From assembly GCF_003044035.1 (NCBI RefSeq), contig NZ_NVQC01000024.1:30001-62000 (forward strand): a stretch of 32,000 nucleotides of DNA. Direction: 5' to 3'. Each line of letters starts with the position of its first letter. Position 1 is the first letter of the stretch. Shown here piece by piece: positions 17,441 through 26,920 of the stretch. This DNA is from Candidatus Methylomirabilis limnetica. Lineage in GTDB: Bacteria > Methylomirabilota > Methylomirabilia > Methylomirabilales > Methylomirabilaceae. Under the pieces are notes generated by a model. The model saw nothing but the letters and a program-made list of their open reading frames with translations. It had not been told where the DNA came from and made no database searches. Made by a program: the position numbers and the translations under genes.

Positions 17441-18119
17441 CCAGAAACTCGAATGTCAACAACGACCCCACAAGGAACAGCACATCAAACGCCCCCATCA
17501 GCTTGAGCCAGGGCATGGCAAGGTCGAATGACTCGCGCCGCAGCACGACCTCCGTCCCCCTGACGGCAGCCAGGATCAAGGGAATCGTCATAGGAAACAG
17601 GAGGAACGGTAGCATCGCCTCCCGTGCCCTCAGGCCCGCCGTCATGGTAGACAACAGCGTTCCGGCCGCGGCGAATCCGAGCGTCGCCGGTACCGTAATC
17701 ACGAGGAGCTTAGGCAGTTGCGACCAGAGGTCCATATTGTACAGGATCGCAAAAAGGGGAAAGCTTATCAGCTCGACAAGGAGGATCACGCTGAAGTTGC
17801 TCAACAGTTTCCCCAGGTAAATCGCCTCCCGCTCGGCAGGATACAGGAGCAGGCCATCCAAGCAGTCATTCGCCAGTTCGCTCTGAACCGATCGAGCCAG
17901 ACCAAGCACGCCGGTGAATGCAAAGGCCAACCACAACAGGCCGGATGAGGCGCCTCGGATAAGCGTCTGATCCCCGTTGAGCGCGAAGCTGAAGAGGAAC
18001 AAGACCAGGAAAGCGAAAAAACACATGGCGGTGATACTTTCCCGATCGCGCCACTCTGCGATCAGATCCTTCCACGCGATCGCAAGGACCCTTCTGGCAA
18101 AGATCATTCGACCTCCCAC
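17430..18119 (-). CDS. ccmB: Heme exporter permease CcmB
   Basis: Polytopic protein of about 225 aa between ccmA and ccmC, with overlapping gene boundaries on both sides. Confidence 0.8.
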   Translation of the reverse strand: MGGRMIFARRVLAIAWKDLIAEWRDRESITAMCFFAFLVLFLFSFALNGDQTLIRGASSGLLWLAFAFTGVLGLARSVQSELANDCLDGLLLYPAEREAIYLGKLLSNFSVILLVELISFPLFAILYNMDLWSQLPKLLVITVPATLGFAAAGTLLSTMTAGLRAREAMLPFLLFPMTIPLILAAVRGTEVVLRRESFDLAMPWLKLMGAFDVLFLVGSLLTFEFLVEE

Positions 18120-18856
18120 AACTCGCCATGGAGCGCAAAAAGGGAGCGCAACGATTCCAGGCTCACCTCGTCTCGTCTCGCGTCAAAGACCAGCCGCCCC
18201 TGCCGCAAGATGGCCATGTGGTCTGCTATAGCACACCCCATCGTCAGGTTGTGAGTGGCCAACAAGATCGTTGTGCCGGTACTTTTTGAGGCGATGAGAA
18301 ATTCCTCCAGCAGCTTTGTCGCCTGAAGGTCAAGGTTGGTGAACGGCTCGTCAAGAAGCATGACCTTTGGCTCACGCAGCATCAGCTTTGCCATGGAAAG
18401 GCGCCGCTTCATCCCGCTGGAGAAGGTCCTGACACGACCATTTGCTGCCGCCTCCAGTCCAACCTTGACCAGAACCTCCGACACTCGTTCGGCTGAACGA
18501 TCCAGACCCAGCATGGTCGCCGCGAACAGGAGGTTTTCACGCCCGGTCAGAGCCTCATATAGCTGGTGACCGCTGGCAAGAACGCCGATAGCCCGCCTCA
18601 CGCCATCGCCATCCCTACTCACATCAAGCCCGGCGACATGCGCTGATCCGGCGGTCGGTCGCATCAGTCCGGCCAGGATTCTCAGCAGTGTGCTCTTGCC
18701 CGCTCCGTTCGGGCCAAATAGAGCCAGGATCTCCCCCTTGGCAACGCGAAGGTTCACGCCCCGCAGGGCCGGATGCGCGCCAAACCACTTGACCAAACCC
18801 TTGGTCTCAACGGCGGGCGCAACATCAGAGAGCCCCACTACTCCATCAGTCCTCAC
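18104..18856 (-). CDS. ccmA: Heme exporter ATP-binding protein CcmA (ABC ATPase)
   Basis: Walker A GPNGAGKST, signature FSSGMKRRLS, and Walker B VMLLDEP. The GTG start at 18856 is uncertain, and in-frame GTG codons occur a little downstream. Confidence 0.85.
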   Translation of the reverse strand: MRTDGVVGLSDVAPAVETKGLVKWFGAHPALRGVNLRVAKGEILALFGPNGAGKSTLLRILAGLMRPTAGSAHVAGLDVSRDGDGVRRAIGVLASGHQLYEALTGRENLLFAATMLGLDRSAERVSEVLVKVGLEAAANGRVRTFSSGMKRRLSMAKLMLREPKVMLLDEPFTNLDLQATKLLEEFLIASKSTGTTILLATHNLTMGCAIADHMAILRQGRLVFDARRDEVSLESLRSLFALHGELWEVE

Positions 18857-19084
18857 CGTTCGAGATCCTGAGTATGGGAAGCCACAGCGCCCTCAACAGC
18901 CCCGTCACACAAGACGAGGAGCCGCAACTGCTCTGCCAACGTCAGCATTGCCATCATCTGTTTACAGAGAGGAGTGCTACGGGAAGACGTTCCGACGGCA
19001 CATCAAGCATCGTTGACAGGGCGCATGGTCCCAACCGCGGATTCACGCAGATTGCGAAAATAGAGTCGAGTACGCGTTCAAATC

Positions 19085-19115
19085 CTCTGCTAACAACAGA
19101 TTCAGTTTAGCAGAG
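19085..19115 (-). terminator. Weak candidate terminator hairpin downstream of the response-regulator gene
   Basis: The 9-bp stem CTCTGCTAA/TTAGCAGAG has a 13-nt loop. On the minus strand it is followed only by GAUUUGAA, a poor U-tract. Confidence 0.25.
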
Positions 19116-19168
19116 ATTGTATGGAGGAACAACCTAAAAGGAGCCGAACAGGTACCCATCTACAGCCG

Positions 19169-20167
19169 TTAGCGACTCACCTTCTCCAAACCTACCAGGG
19201 TCTCATCAGACTGCAGTAAGCTTATAAACTGCTCTATTAACCTGGGCTCGCATGAACCCTTCTGTGATGCCTGTCGCATGATCGAAAAGACCTGGTGGGT
19301 TTCGAGCGAGGGCTTATATGGGCGGGCCGTCATCAGTGCATCGTAGATATCAACGGTCTGAATGATCCTGGCCGAGATGGGAATCTCCTGTCCATTCAAG
19401 CCATCCGGATACCCGCTGCCGTCCCATCGTTCATGGTGGTGGCGAATGATGGGAAGAACCGATCTCAGCGACTTGAGCGGCCTGCAAATCCGCTCCCCGA
19501 TTATCGGGTGTTCCCGCATGATCCGCCTTTCTTCATCGGTCAATCCCGTCTTTTTATTCAGGATCACCTCCGACACAGCAATCTTCCCGACGTCGTGCAG
19601 GTAGCCTCCACGGTGTAGCGCCCTCAACTGCTCATAGGGAAGGCCAAGACTCCGGCCAAGGGCGACTGAGTAAAGGGACAATCGCTCGCAGTGTCCGTTG
19701 GTGTACTCATCCTTGGCCTCGACGCTCAGGGCCAACGTGAATAGGACGTCCTCCGCGCTTTCTAACTCATCGGTAAACTGCTTGAGCTTCAGCAGGGATC
19801 GAACTCGCGCGCTCAACTCCGCCGAGTGAAAGGGCTTGCTCAAAAAGTCGTCTGCCCCGACCTCGATCCCGCGGATTCTGTCTTGCGGATCGTTCAGAGA
19901 GGTCAGCATCACGATGGGAATAAGCCGGGTTCGTTCATCCTCCTTGAGTCGAGCGCAGACGTCGAATCCGTTCATGCCTGGCATCATGACATCTAGCAGG
20001 ATAAGATCCGGCGGCTGGGCTGCCACCAGTTCGAGGGCCTGCTCCCCATTCGATGCCGCGATAATCGTATAACCCTGTGGGGCCAGGATGGCCTCGACCA
20101 ACGCGATGTTGGCTTCCTGATCGTCGACGACCAAAATCGTCTGGCGGTGTTGGCGTTCCAGGTCCAT
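19169..20167 (-). CDS. Response regulator with receiver domain fused to an HD-GYP domain (RpfG-type putative c-di-GMP phosphodiesterase)
   Basis: The receiver has VVDD, LILLDVMMPG (phospho-acceptor Asp), MLTS and SKP. The output domain has LHDVGK and HHERWDGSGYPDGL. The ATG at 20167 overlaps the lipB stop (TGATG). Confidence 0.85.
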   Translation of the reverse strand: MDLERQHRQTILVVDDQEANIALVEAILAPQGYTIIAASNGEQALELVAAQPPDLILLDVMMPGMNGFDVCARLKEDERTRLIPIVMLTSLNDPQDRIRGIEVGADDFLSKPFHSAELSARVRSLLKLKQFTDELESAEDVLFTLALSVEAKDEYTNGHCERLSLYSVALGRSLGLPYEQLRALHRGGYLHDVGKIAVSEVILNKKTGLTDEERRIMREHPIIGERICRPLKSLRSVLPIIRHHHERWDGSGYPDGLNGQEIPISARIIQTVDIYDALMTARPYKPSLETHQVFSIMRQASQKGSCEPRLIEQFISLLQSDETLVGLEKVSR

Positions 20168-20898
20168 CAACTCGCGCCTCGAACGATAGCTGGTACATCC
20201 CTTTCGATTCTACCCGCCTGGCTCCTCGAACAGAAAAGTTCAGGCAACGACGTAGGCAGAAGAGACACCCCAAACTCAACCTCGAAACGTTCGATAAGAG
20301 CCACCATCACCTCACGAACTGAGATTGGACGAGACAACTCCTGTGTCATGCTTGTCATCTTGGCGCCCTGGATACCGCAAGGAACGATCATCTCAAACGG
20401 CGCCAGATCCATATTGATGTTCAGCGCGAAACCATGACGGGTGACCCACCGGCTGACATGAATGCCTAGCGAGGCAATCTTCTCTTCACCCACCCAGACG
20501 CCCGTCCGACCGAGTGAGCGACCAGCAGCGATCCCGAAGCCCGATAGGGTCATAATCAGCACCTCTTCGAGCTGCCGAAGGTATCGATGCAGGTCACGAC
20601 CATGTTCGGTCAGATTGAGGATCGGGTAGCCTACTAACTGGCCAGGACCGTGATAGGTCATGTCGCCACCACGCTCCACTTCGAAAAACTCGATTCCCAT
20701 CGCGGCCAGGGAAGATTCCGGTACGCGGAGGTGAGCCATCTGCCCGGCTCGCCCGAGGGTAATAACCGGCGGGTGTTCGACGAGGAGCAGGACATCCCCC
20801 AGGCGGTCCTCAGCCAGAAGAGTCGCCAGCCGGCGTTGCAGGGTGAGTGTTTCGGTGTAGGGTATGAGCCCAAGGTCAATCAGGCTACAGGTCGGCAT
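20167..20898 (-). CDS. lipB: Octanoyltransferase LipB
   Basis: Contains HGPGQLVGYPI, KIASLGIHVSRWVTRHGFALN and VPCGI motifs. I prefer the ATG at 20898, because the track extension to 20961 is a translation of the family D repeat array. Confidence 0.85.
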   Translation of the reverse strand: MPTCSLIDLGLIPYTETLTLQRRLATLLAEDRLGDVLLLVEHPPVITLGRAGQMAHLRVPESSLAAMGIEFFEVERGGDMTYHGPGQLVGYPILNLTEHGRDLHRYLRQLEEVLIMTLSGFGIAAGRSLGRTGVWVGEEKIASLGIHVSRWVTRHGFALNINMDLAPFEMIVPCGIQGAKMTSMTQELSRPISVREVMVALIERFEVEFGVSLLPTSLPELFCSRSQAGRIERDVPAIVRGAS

Positions 20899-20899
20899 C

Positions 20900-21024
20900 A
20901 GTAGTACAGGGTAGAGGGTTGAGGGTATAGGGTTTAGAGTGCAGGGAAAGGACGGGAGCACAACTTATTCATACTTCTTTTCTCCTATCTTATCCTCTAC
21001 CCTCTACCCTATAGCCTATACGCT
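20900..21024. repeat. Family D element: 7 in-phase NNAGGGT heptamers, a core of about 35 nt, then about 6 complementary CTACCCT-type heptamers
   Basis: The left arm (20906-20954) is ACAGGGT AGAGGGT TGAGGGT ATAGGGT TTAGAGT GCAGGGA AAGGACG. The right arm (20990-21024) is TTATCCT CTACCCT CTACCCT ATAGCCT ATACGCT. It lies between the lpd stop and the lipB start. Confidence 0.8.
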
Positions 21025-21030
21025 TCTTCT

Positions 21031-22443
21031 TTACAGATGGACCGGCCGGCCAAGTGCGGCAAGGGCGGCTTCCCCCATCGCCTCGGAAAGGGTTGGGTGG
21101 GCATGAATCGACTTGGCAATCTCTTCCGGGGTGGCCTTCAATGCGATCGCCAAGCCGGCCTCGGCGATCAGTTCGGTGGCATGGGCACCCATGATATGCA
21201 CGCCTAGGATCTCTCCATGCGTCGCATCGGCGATCACCTTTACCATCCCCTCAGTCTCGCCGAGGGTAATCGCCATCCCGCTCGCACTGAATGGGAACCG
21301 TCCGACGCGTATCGTATATCCTTCGGCCTTCGCCTTCGCCTCCGTCAAACCGATGCTCGCGACAGCCGGGTGACAGTAGGTGCAGCTCGGGATCCTCCTG
21401 GGGTTCACCGGTGTCACGTCATCCAGCTTGGCCATCTTTTCGATCGCAACGATTCCTTCATGAGAAGCCTTGTGGGCCAAGAGTGGCGCGCCAACAAGAT
21501 CGCCAATGGCGTAGATTCCGGCTACGCTGGACTCCATCCACTCGTTGACCTTGACATATCCATTCTCCATCGCAACGCCCAGCTCTTTCAGGCCGCCCAC
21601 CTCGGAGTTGGCTACCCTGCCTACCGCCACCAGGACCGTCTCGCCATGAAGCTCTTGGCTTCCGCTGCTATTAGATACCCTGACCGTGGCCTTCCCCGCC
21701 TCAACGATTACCTGCTCAACTCGCGTCCCGGTGAGGATCTTGATCCCCTTTTTGGTCAAAGAACGATGCAGTAGCGCCGTAATCTCCTCGTCCTCATAGG
21801 GAAGGATCGTCGGCAGCAGCTCAACGAGTGTTACGGCCGTTCCATAGGCGTGATAGATGTCGGCGAACTCAATGCCGATCGCTCCCGCCCCGATGATAAC
21901 CATGGAGGTAGGGGCTTGGCTACGTAGCATGGCCTCTGTGCTGGTGAGCACGACCTGACCATCGATCGTCAGGTCCGGAAGTAGTCGGGGTCTCGACCCG
22001 GTTGCCAAGAGGATCCGTTCAGCTAGGATCGATCCAGTCGTCTTTCCACCCCTGTCCGCGATCTCGAGTTCCTTAGCCGAGGTGAAGCGGGCTTCGCCCA
22101 TGAAGACGGCGACCTTGTTCTTACGCATCAGGTATTCGATGCCCTTGGACAGCCGCTCGGCCTTCTCGCGGCTCCGCTTCACGGCAATGCCGAAATCTCC
22201 CCGGAGGTTCTCCGCGTGGATCCCGAACTCCTCGGCACGACGTAGGAGGGAAAGTAGATGCGAACTCTGAAGCAATGCCTTCGTCGGAATGCAGCCCCAG
22301 TTGAGACAGACCCCGCCCAATTGATCTCGCTCTACGAGAGCCACCCGCATCCCGAGCTGCGCGGCGCGGATCGCCGCCACGTAGCCTCCAGGGCCCGCCC
22401 CAACTACCGCCAGATCAAATGGTTGCTTGTCCTGTCCCATCAT
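21031..22443 (-). CDS. lpd: Dihydrolipoyl dehydrogenase (E3)
   Basis: FAD-binding site GAGPGGY, redox-active disulfide GGVCLNWGCIPTK, and C-terminal HAHPTLSE. Confidence 0.9.
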   Translation of the reverse strand: MMGQDKQPFDLAVVGAGPGGYVAAIRAAQLGMRVALVERDQLGGVCLNWGCIPTKALLQSSHLLSLLRRAEEFGIHAENLRGDFGIAVKRSREKAERLSKGIEYLMRKNKVAVFMGEARFTSAKELEIADRGGKTTGSILAERILLATGSRPRLLPDLTIDGQVVLTSTEAMLRSQAPTSMVIIGAGAIGIEFADIYHAYGTAVTLVELLPTILPYEDEEITALLHRSLTKKGIKILTGTRVEQVIVEAGKATVRVSNSSGSQELHGETVLVAVGRVANSEVGGLKELGVAMENGYVKVNEWMESSVAGIYAIGDLVGAPLLAHKASHEGIVAIEKMAKLDDVTPVNPRRIPSCTYCHPAVASIGLTEAKAKAEGYTIRVGRFPFSASGMAITLGETEGMVKVIADATHGEILGVHIMGAHATELIAEAGLAIALKATPEEIAKSIHAHPTLSEAMGEAALAALGRPVHL

Positions 22444-22504
22444 GGTTTATCTGATCTATACATAAAGCCATAATCCGAAATAATGGACGTTATTGCCCAG
22501 AAAG

Positions 22505-22600
22505 TCCCCCCCCCCATCCTCACCTTCCCCCTCATGGGGGGGAAGGGACCCCTTACGCGACCTCCTCCCCCCTTGAGGGGGAGGATTGAGGTGGGGGGTA
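22505..22600. repeat. G/C-rich post-stop element, family member d (two hairpins)
   Basis: The first hairpin is CCTTCCCCCTCATGGGGGGGAAGG (22523-22546). The second is CCTCCCCCCTTGAGGGGGAGG (22564-22583), followed by ATTGAGGTGGGGGG. The element lies between the E2 stop (22630) and the lpd start (22443). Confidence 0.55.
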
Positions 22601-22629
22601 ATGGGTAACCAGAAAGGCACTGACCAGCG

Positions 22630-23868
22630 CTACAGAACGAGGTCAAGCGGATGCTCAAGTAGCCGCTTGACCTCTTGAAGGAATATCGCCCCCGTCATGC
22701 CATCTACCGCCCGATGATCGCACGAAAGCGTCATCCGCATTCGTTGGCCGATCTGCACTCCTCCATCTACGATGACCGGCTTGCTCTGGATCCTGCCGAT
22801 TGCCAGAATGGCGGCCTCTGGGGGGTTGATGATGGCGGTGAACTCTTCTATCTCATACATGCCCAGATTCGAAATGGTAAAGGTCGCCCCGGCGTACTCT
22901 TCAGGTCTCAACTTCTGAGCTCTGGCTCGCTCGACCAAGCTCTTCGTCTCTCTGGCGATCTGTGCCAGACTTTTCCGACCACAGTCGCGCAGCACCGGGT
23001 TGATCAATCCCTCTTCAAGGGCCACCGCGATGCCGATATTGGCTTGGGAGTAGACGCGAATCTGTTCTCCCACAAATGATGCATTGACCGCCGGATGCCG
23101 CCCGAGCGCAATGGCCACAGCTTTGATGATGATGTCGGTGAAGGTTACCTTGAGGTCTGACGTCTGCGACTGTATCGACTCACGCAACTCCGTGGCCTTA
23201 TCCATGGCCACCTCGACCGTAAGGTAGAAGTGTGGCACGGTTGCCATACTCTGGGCCACGCGCTTCGCAATCGCCCTACGCATCGGGGAGAGATTCCGGT
23301 CCTCAAACCCTGCCGATGGCGTGGATGCGGCAATCTCTACGGCACGCTCTGCAATCGATGGCGCCTGCTGACCGGCAGCCGAAGCCGATGGTATAAGGAC
23401 AGCCACATCCCGGCGGATCACCCTTCCACCCGGGCCAGACCCGCTCACCATCGACAGATCAATCGCCTGCTCGCGCGCGAACCTCTTTGCCAGCGGTGAA
23501 GCTTTGACGCGTCCAGGAGCGACCGCCTGAAGAGCTGGAGGGGTTGGCGCAGGAGTGCCTGGCTGAGTCGGCGTTGCTGACTCAACGGCTAAGCCTCTAA
23601 CGGGAGGAAGTAGCGTCGAAATGTCCTCATCCGTTTCGGCAATCACCCCGATCATGTGACCGACCGGCGCTGACTCGCCCGCACCGATAAGAATCTTTCG
23701 AAGGGTGCCTGACCCAAAGGCCTCCATCTCAATGTCAGCCTTATCGGTTTGGACCTCGGCGATGATGTCACCCACCTCTACCAGGTCTCCCTCTTTCTTC
23801 AGCCACCGAAGGATCTTCCCCTCCTCCATGGTGTCGCTCAACCGGGGCATGACCACAGAAATGGCCAT
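22630..23868 (-). CDS. pdhC: Dihydrolipoamide acetyltransferase (E2) with a single lipoyl domain
   Basis: Lipoyl-lysine motif EVQTDKADIEME, an Ala/Pro-rich linker, a peripheral subunit-binding domain (ASPLAKRFAREQAIDL), and the catalytic SCDHRAVDG motif. Confidence 0.9.
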   Translation of the reverse strand: MAISVVMPRLSDTMEEGKILRWLKKEGDLVEVGDIIAEVQTDKADIEMEAFGSGTLRKILIGAGESAPVGHMIGVIAETDEDISTLLPPVRGLAVESATPTQPGTPAPTPPALQAVAPGRVKASPLAKRFAREQAIDLSMVSGSGPGGRVIRRDVAVLIPSASAAGQQAPSIAERAVEIAASTPSAGFEDRNLSPMRRAIAKRVAQSMATVPHFYLTVEVAMDKATELRESIQSQTSDLKVTFTDIIIKAVAIALGRHPAVNASFVGEQIRVYSQANIGIAVALEEGLINPVLRDCGRKSLAQIARETKSLVERARAQKLRPEEYAGATFTISNLGMYEIEEFTAIINPPEAAILAIGRIQSKPVIVDGGVQIGQRMRMTLSCDHRAVDGMTGAIFLQEVKRLLEHPLDLVL

Positions 23869-23894
23869 TGTGCGTATGTCTCCTCTTCTTATTT

Positions 23895-24023
23895 TGGTCT
23901 ATTTCGTCTATCTGGTCTATTTCGTCTATCTGGTCTATTTCGTCTATCTGGTCTGTTTGGTCTATCTGGTCTGTTTGGTCTGTGACGAAATAGACTGAAT
24001 AGACGAGAAGGACGGAATAGACC
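23895..24023. repeat. Family A intergenic element, copy A3 (asymmetric: 10 left-arm units and about 4 right-arm units)
   Basis: (TGGTCTATT TCGTCTATC) x3, then TGGTCTGTT TGGTCTATC TGGTCTGTT TGGTCTGTG, then ACGAAATAGACTGAATAGACGAGAAGGACGGAATAGACC. It fills the whole pdhB-E2 spacer, and its right end overlaps the pdhB stop codon. Confidence 0.85.
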
Positions 24024-25000
24024 TAAATAGCCATGACCTTCTTTACCGCCGCGATGACCCGTTCTTTGCTTGGGGCCTTGGCACGCTCAAGGTTCTTCGC
24101 GTATGGCGTCGGGGCGTTGGCGCCGGTGACCCGCTCCACCGGGGCGTCCAGATAATCAAAAGCCTGCTCAGAAATGATGGCCGCGATCACCGTCGCTATC
24201 CCGGCGAATCCGGCGCCGGACTCCATGACTACAGCCCGGTTGGTCTTCTTGACCGACTCGATGATCATGTCAGCATCCAGCGGGCGGAGCGTACGCGGAT
24301 CCACTACCTCCACAGAAATCCCCTCCTTCTCCAGATCCTCTGCCACCTGCAAGGCCAGCAGAAGCATCGTAGAGTAGGCTACGATAGTGACATCGCGTCC
24401 CTCCCGCTTTATTTCGCCGACACCAAGCGGGATGGTGTACTCGCCATCCGGCACCTCGCCCTTGGTCCCGTACAGAAGCTCTGACTCGATGAAGATGACC
24501 GGATCATCGTCACGGATCGCACTTTTAAGAAGTCCCTTTGCATCCTTAGGGGTCCCTGGGCGCACGATCTTGAGACCAGGAACATGATAGAAGTACGACT
24601 CCATGCTCTGCGAGTGCTGAGCCGCCAATTGATGCGCCGGGCCGCCAGGGCCGCGAATGACCAGTGGAACATTATACTGCCCGCCGGACATGTACAGGAT
24701 CTTCGCTGCTTGATTGACGATCTGATCGATCGCCACCAGCGCGAAGTTAAAGGTCATCATCTCCACAATCGGCCGCAAGCCGACCATCGCCGAGCCGATA
24801 CCGACGCCGGTAAACCCGGCCTCACTGATCGGGGTGTCGATGACCCGCTTGGGGCCAAACTCCTCAAGCAGGCCTTGACTGACCTTATAGGCCCCCTGGT
24901 AGAGGGCTACTTCCTCTCCCATAAGAAAAACGCGAGGGTCTCGGCGCATCTCTTCGCGGAGCGCCTGATTTAGAGCCTCTCGATAGGTGATAATTGCCAT
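24023..25000 (-). CDS. pdhB: Pyruvate dehydrogenase E1 component, beta subunit
   Basis: MAIITYREALNQALREEMRRDPRVFLMGEEV...IDTPISEAGFTG, a typical transketolase-like beta subunit. The ATG at 25000 is preceded by GAGGGAGGGA and lies 16 nt after the pdhA stop. Confidence 0.85.
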   Translation of the reverse strand: MAIITYREALNQALREEMRRDPRVFLMGEEVALYQGAYKVSQGLLEEFGPKRVIDTPISEAGFTGVGIGSAMVGLRPIVEMMTFNFALVAIDQIVNQAAKILYMSGGQYNVPLVIRGPGGPAHQLAAQHSQSMESYFYHVPGLKIVRPGTPKDAKGLLKSAIRDDDPVIFIESELLYGTKGEVPDGEYTIPLGVGEIKREGRDVTIVAYSTMLLLALQVAEDLEKEGISVEVVDPRTLRPLDADMIIESVKKTNRAVVMESGAGFAGIATVIAAIISEQAFDYLDAPVERVTGANAPTPYAKNLERAKAPSKERVIAAVKKVMAI

Positions 25001-25016
25001 GCTCTCGTTCCCTCCC

Positions 25017-25988
25017 TCAGCGCTCTGAGACGTAGACGTCGGTGTGCAGCCACTCCACTGGTGGCTCTGGGGAGGCATCGGCGTAGCGAATCGCCTCCTC
25101 CACCGTAGTTTGGACTTCCTTCTCCAGCGCCTTCCAATCCGACTCCTTAATCACCGCCTCGGCCATGAGGTGGGCCCGAAACGTCACGAGGGGGTCCCGT
25201 TGCTTTTCTCGTTCGACCTCCTCTTTCGTTCTGTAGGTACCCGGATCCGCCATCGAGTGCCCCCGGAATCGATATGTCTTGGCCTCGATCAAAGAAGGGA
25301 TGCGTTCTCGTCGGGCCCGTTCTACTGCTAACCCCACACACTCCCGAACGGCCAGGACATCCATCCCGTCTACCGCCTCGCCGGGCATCCCATACGCCTC
25401 GGCCCTTCGGTACAGCTCCTTGACTGGGGTGGCGCGCTCTACAGCAGTCCCCATGCCGTAACGATTGTTCTCGCAGATATAGACGATCGGCAGGTGCCAC
25501 AGGGCCGCGAGATTCAGCGCCTCGTGGAACACGCCCTGGTTGACGGCGGCGTCCCCAAAGAAGCAGAGCGTGACCTGATCCTTCCCCTCGTACTGGCTCG
25601 CGAAGGCGGCGCCAGTTCCGATCGGAATCTGCCCCGCCACGATCGCATGCCCCCCCAGGAAGTTGCGGCTCTTATCAAATAGGTGCATCGAGCCACCCTT
25701 GCCCTTACAGAGGCCATCCGCCCGACCGAACAGCTCCGCCATCATCCTCCGTGGATCGCAGCCCTTGGCTAAGGCATGGCCATGTTCCCGGTAACTGGCA
25801 ATCACATAGTCGTCTGGTCGCAACACAGAAATGGCGCCCGTTGCCACCGCTTCCTGGCCGATATACAGATGCAGGAAGCCGCCGATCTTGCCCATGGAGT
25901 ACATCTCCGCGCACTTCTCCTCGAACCGGCGCATCAGGAGCATCTGTCGGAGGAGATCTACCAGCTCCTTCTGCTCTAACTTCTGCAT
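25017..25988 (-). CDS. pdhA: Pyruvate dehydrogenase E1 component, alpha subunit (ThDP-binding)
   Basis: [13 protein letters not shown], and ThDP motif GDAAVNQG...[10 protein letters not shown]. At 323 aa it matches the heterotetrameric E1 type. Confidence 0.85.
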   Translation of the reverse strand: MQKLEQKELVDLLRQMLLMRRFEEKCAEMYSMGKIGGFLHLYIGQEAVATGAISVLRPDDYVIASYREHGHALAKGCDPRRMMAELFGRADGLCKGKGGSMHLFDKSRNFLGGHAIVAGQIPIGTGAAFASQYEGKDQVTLCFFGDAAVNQGVFHEALNLAALWHLPIVYICENNRYGMGTAVERATPVKELYRRAEAYGMPGEAVDGMDVLAVRECVGLAVERARRERIPSLIEAKTYRFRGHSMADPGTYRTKEEVEREKQRDPLVTFRAHLMAEAVIKESDWKALEKEVQTTVEEAIRYADASPEPPVEWLHTDVYVSER

Positions 25989-26920
25989 AGCTCAGTCCTC
26001 TCGCTCTCACGCTTCCGGCTGACTTCCTCAGCCTGGCCGCGGGCATGGTACGAACTCCGGACCAGGGGCCCGGACTCTACGTACTTAAACCCCATCCCTT
26101 CCCCGATCGCCTTCAACTCACTAAACTCCTTTGGAGTATAGTATTTCATAATCGGCAGGTGCGCGCGGCTTGGCCGCAGGTACTGTCCCAGCGTCAGAAT
26201 ATCGCAATCGACAGCCCTGAGGTCAGCCATCGTCTGGAGCAATTCCTGCCATGCCTCCCCGAATCCCACAATGATCCCTGACTTCGTGACTAACTCCGGC
26301 GCCAATCGTCGCGCCATAGCCAGAAGATCGAGTGACCGCTCATAGTGCGATCCCGGACGGACCTCTCGATACAACCGGGGAATAGTTTCCACGTTGTGGT
26401 TCAGGATAGCGGGTCCGGCCTCGACCACCGTTCTCAGGGCGGCCTTGCTACCACGAAAATCAGGAATCAGCACCTCAACGCTACAGCCAGGGGCAAGCCC
26501 CCTCACCCTGCGAATCACGGCCGCAAAGATACTCGCCCCCCCGTCGGGCAAGTCATCGCGATTGGCGGAGGTCACCACAGCATGGGCCAGCCCCAGCGCG
26601 CTAATCGCCTTGGCCACCCGCTCCGGCTCGGTCCGATCGAGTTCTGTCGGCTTGCCCTGTTTGACCGCACAGAAGCTGCAATTACGGGTGCAGGTATCGC
26701 CCAGGATGAGGAAGGTTGCGGTAAGCTCCTCCCAGCATTCGCCGATGTTGGGACAATGGGCCTCTTCGCAGATGGTCTGAAGCTGCTGCTCTTGAAGGAG
26801 CCGTTTCAGCCGAAGGTAGTTGGGTGCGCCTGGCGCCTTGACCTTCAGCCAGGGTGGCTTGGGTGAGCCAAAAATCTCGGGAAGCGAAATCAGCGGCGTT
26901 ACCTTAACCGGTTGGAGCAC
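25976..26920 (-). CDS. lipA: Lipoyl synthase LipA (radical SAM)
   Basis: Auxiliary cluster motif [12 protein letters not shown], radical SAM motif [10 protein letters not shown], and C-terminal RSSY. The 3' end overlaps the pdhA start by 13 nt. Confidence 0.9.
   Translation of the reverse strand: MLQPVKVTPLISLPEIFGSPKPPWLKVKAPGAPNYLRLKRLLQEQQLQTICEEAHCPNIGECWEELTATFLILGDTCTRNCSFCAVKQGKPTELDRTEPERVAKAISALGLAHAVVTSANRDDLPDGGASIFAAVIRRVRGLAPGCSVEVLIPDFRGSKAALRTVVEAGPAILNHNVETIPRLYREVRPGSHYERSLDLLAMARRLAPELVTKSGIIVGFGEAWQELLQTMADLRAVDCDILTLGQYLRPSRAHLPIMKYYTPKEFSELKAIGEGMGFKYVESGPLVRSSYHARGQAEEVSRKRESERTELCRS

Noticed and set aside
18853-18957. A 34-codon upstream ORF (MMAMLTLAEQLRLLVLCDGAVEGAVASHTQDLER) whose TGA overlaps the ccmA GTG might be a coupled leader peptide.
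   Set aside because: There is no recognisable ribosome-binding site and no motif. The ccmA start itself is uncertain, so I kept this as a note only.
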